From Octopus vulgaris (taxonomy: Eukaryota), in assembly GCA_951406725.2 (NCBI GenBank), contig OX597818.1, forward strand, positions 108,810,001-108,874,000: DNA of 64,000 nucleotides, read 5' to 3'. Numbering within the stretch: position 1 is the first letter of the stretch; each line of letters opens with the position of its first letter. The notes under the pieces were generated by a model. The model made no database searches and had not been told where the DNA came from. It saw only the letters and a list, made by a program, of their open reading frames with translations. The position numbers and the translations under genes are program-made. Of the stretch, positions 62,896-64,000 are shown piece after piece.

Positions 62896-63319
62896 TATTT
62901 ATTGTAGTAGTGGTATTAAGAAGAAGACACAGACTAAGAGAGAGCATCTATTAACTCATGGTAGGTTGTTGTAGTATAACATAGATCATACTTAATTCTA
63001 AAGACCTTTGATTTATGATATTCCAGCCATGCTGTATCTGTCCATATTACCCATATATCTTTTCATTTTTAAGACAATAGTGAGTTACAGGAGGTTTGGC
63101 TGCTATATTTAACAAGTTGAGCAACTTCACAGAGATTCGATTAGTTGGTGCTGATGTTGCTATTACTGGTCAATGGAGGTGGTATGGATGGTGATGAAAC
63201 GGGGGTCAAATTATCGCCAAACAACAATCCAACAGCTATAAAGTGTTTCTTTCATGAAATATCAAATCATTGTAAAAATAAGAACTATTTCTATCGTTGA
63301 TGGTGGAGGCTGTTGTGAC

Positions 63320-63715
63320 TGTATGCCTCACTGGCACTTGTGCCCCGTGCTAAGAGCACCATCCGAGCGTGATCGTTGCCAGAGCGGCTATCTGGCTTCC
63401 GTGCCGGTGGCACGTAAAAGGCACCATTTGAGCGTGATCACTACCAGCATCGCCTTATTGGCACCTGTGCCGGTGGCATGTGTAAAAAGATTCAAGCGAG
63501 GTCGTTGCCAGTATTGCCTGATTGGCTCCCGTGCCGGTGGCATGTAAAAGCACCCACTACACTCTCAGAGTGGTTGGCGTTAGGAATGGCATCCAGCTGT
63601 AGAAACTCTGCCAGATCAAGATTGGAGCCTGGTGCAGCCATCTGGTTCGCCAGACCTCAGTCAAATCGTCCAACCCATGCTAGCATGGAAAGCAGACGTT
63701 AAATGATGATGATGA
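63320..63715 (+). mobile_element. Family C LINE 3' UTR with about 4 hairpin units
   Basis: GTGCCGGTGGCA(C/T)GT recurs about every 65 bp before the core. Confidence 0.9.
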
Positions 63716-63779
63716 ATGGTGGCTGTTGTTTAATCCTCTGTCAGCCCTGATCAAGCAGCAAAAGTGTTCGAACAAAACC

Positions 63780-64000
63780 CAGGCAAAGCTGTGTGGTAAA
63801 ACATTTCCTTTCCAACCACATGGTTCTGGGTTCAATGCCTTTTGGGCAAGTGTCTTCTACTATAGCCTCATGCCAACTGAAGCCGTGTGAGCAGATTTGA
63901 CAGACATAGACTGAAAGAAGCCTATCTTATATGTCTGTGTGTCTGTGTTTGTCTTCCACCACTGCTTGACAAGTGGTGTTAGTGTGTCTACATCTCCGTA
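63780..64000 (+). mobile_element. SINE family A, truncated by window edge
   Basis: GCTGTGTGGTAA head and TTGGGCAAGTGTCTTCTACTATAGCC body. Confidence 0.8.

Overview
AT-rich, repeat-saturated eukaryotic DNA. The repeat landscape (tRNA-derived SINEs with internal microsatellites, Nin-domain SINEs, RTE-type LINE tails) points to an octopod cephalopod, probably Octopus; this is inferred, not database-checked. Only one host exon is recognisable: a 102-nt minus-strand exon (25965-26066) of Greatwall/MASTL kinase, so most of the window is probably intron. The rest is transposon-derived: a full-length but disrupted RTE/BovB LINE with a 12-bp TSD, a full-length mariner, relics of Hero, Sola-like, Tigger/pogo, hAT and Tc1 elements, piggyBac-type MITEs, and dozens of SINE and LINE-tail copies. 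The most unusual element is a short retroelement (56139-56437) that combines a tRNA-like Pol III head, a minimal hammerhead-ribozyme motif and an inverted duplicate of its own head, which suggests a Penelope-mobilised SINE. Most ORFs in the supplied track are microsatellite or repeat artefacts. Boundaries of decayed repeats are approximate.
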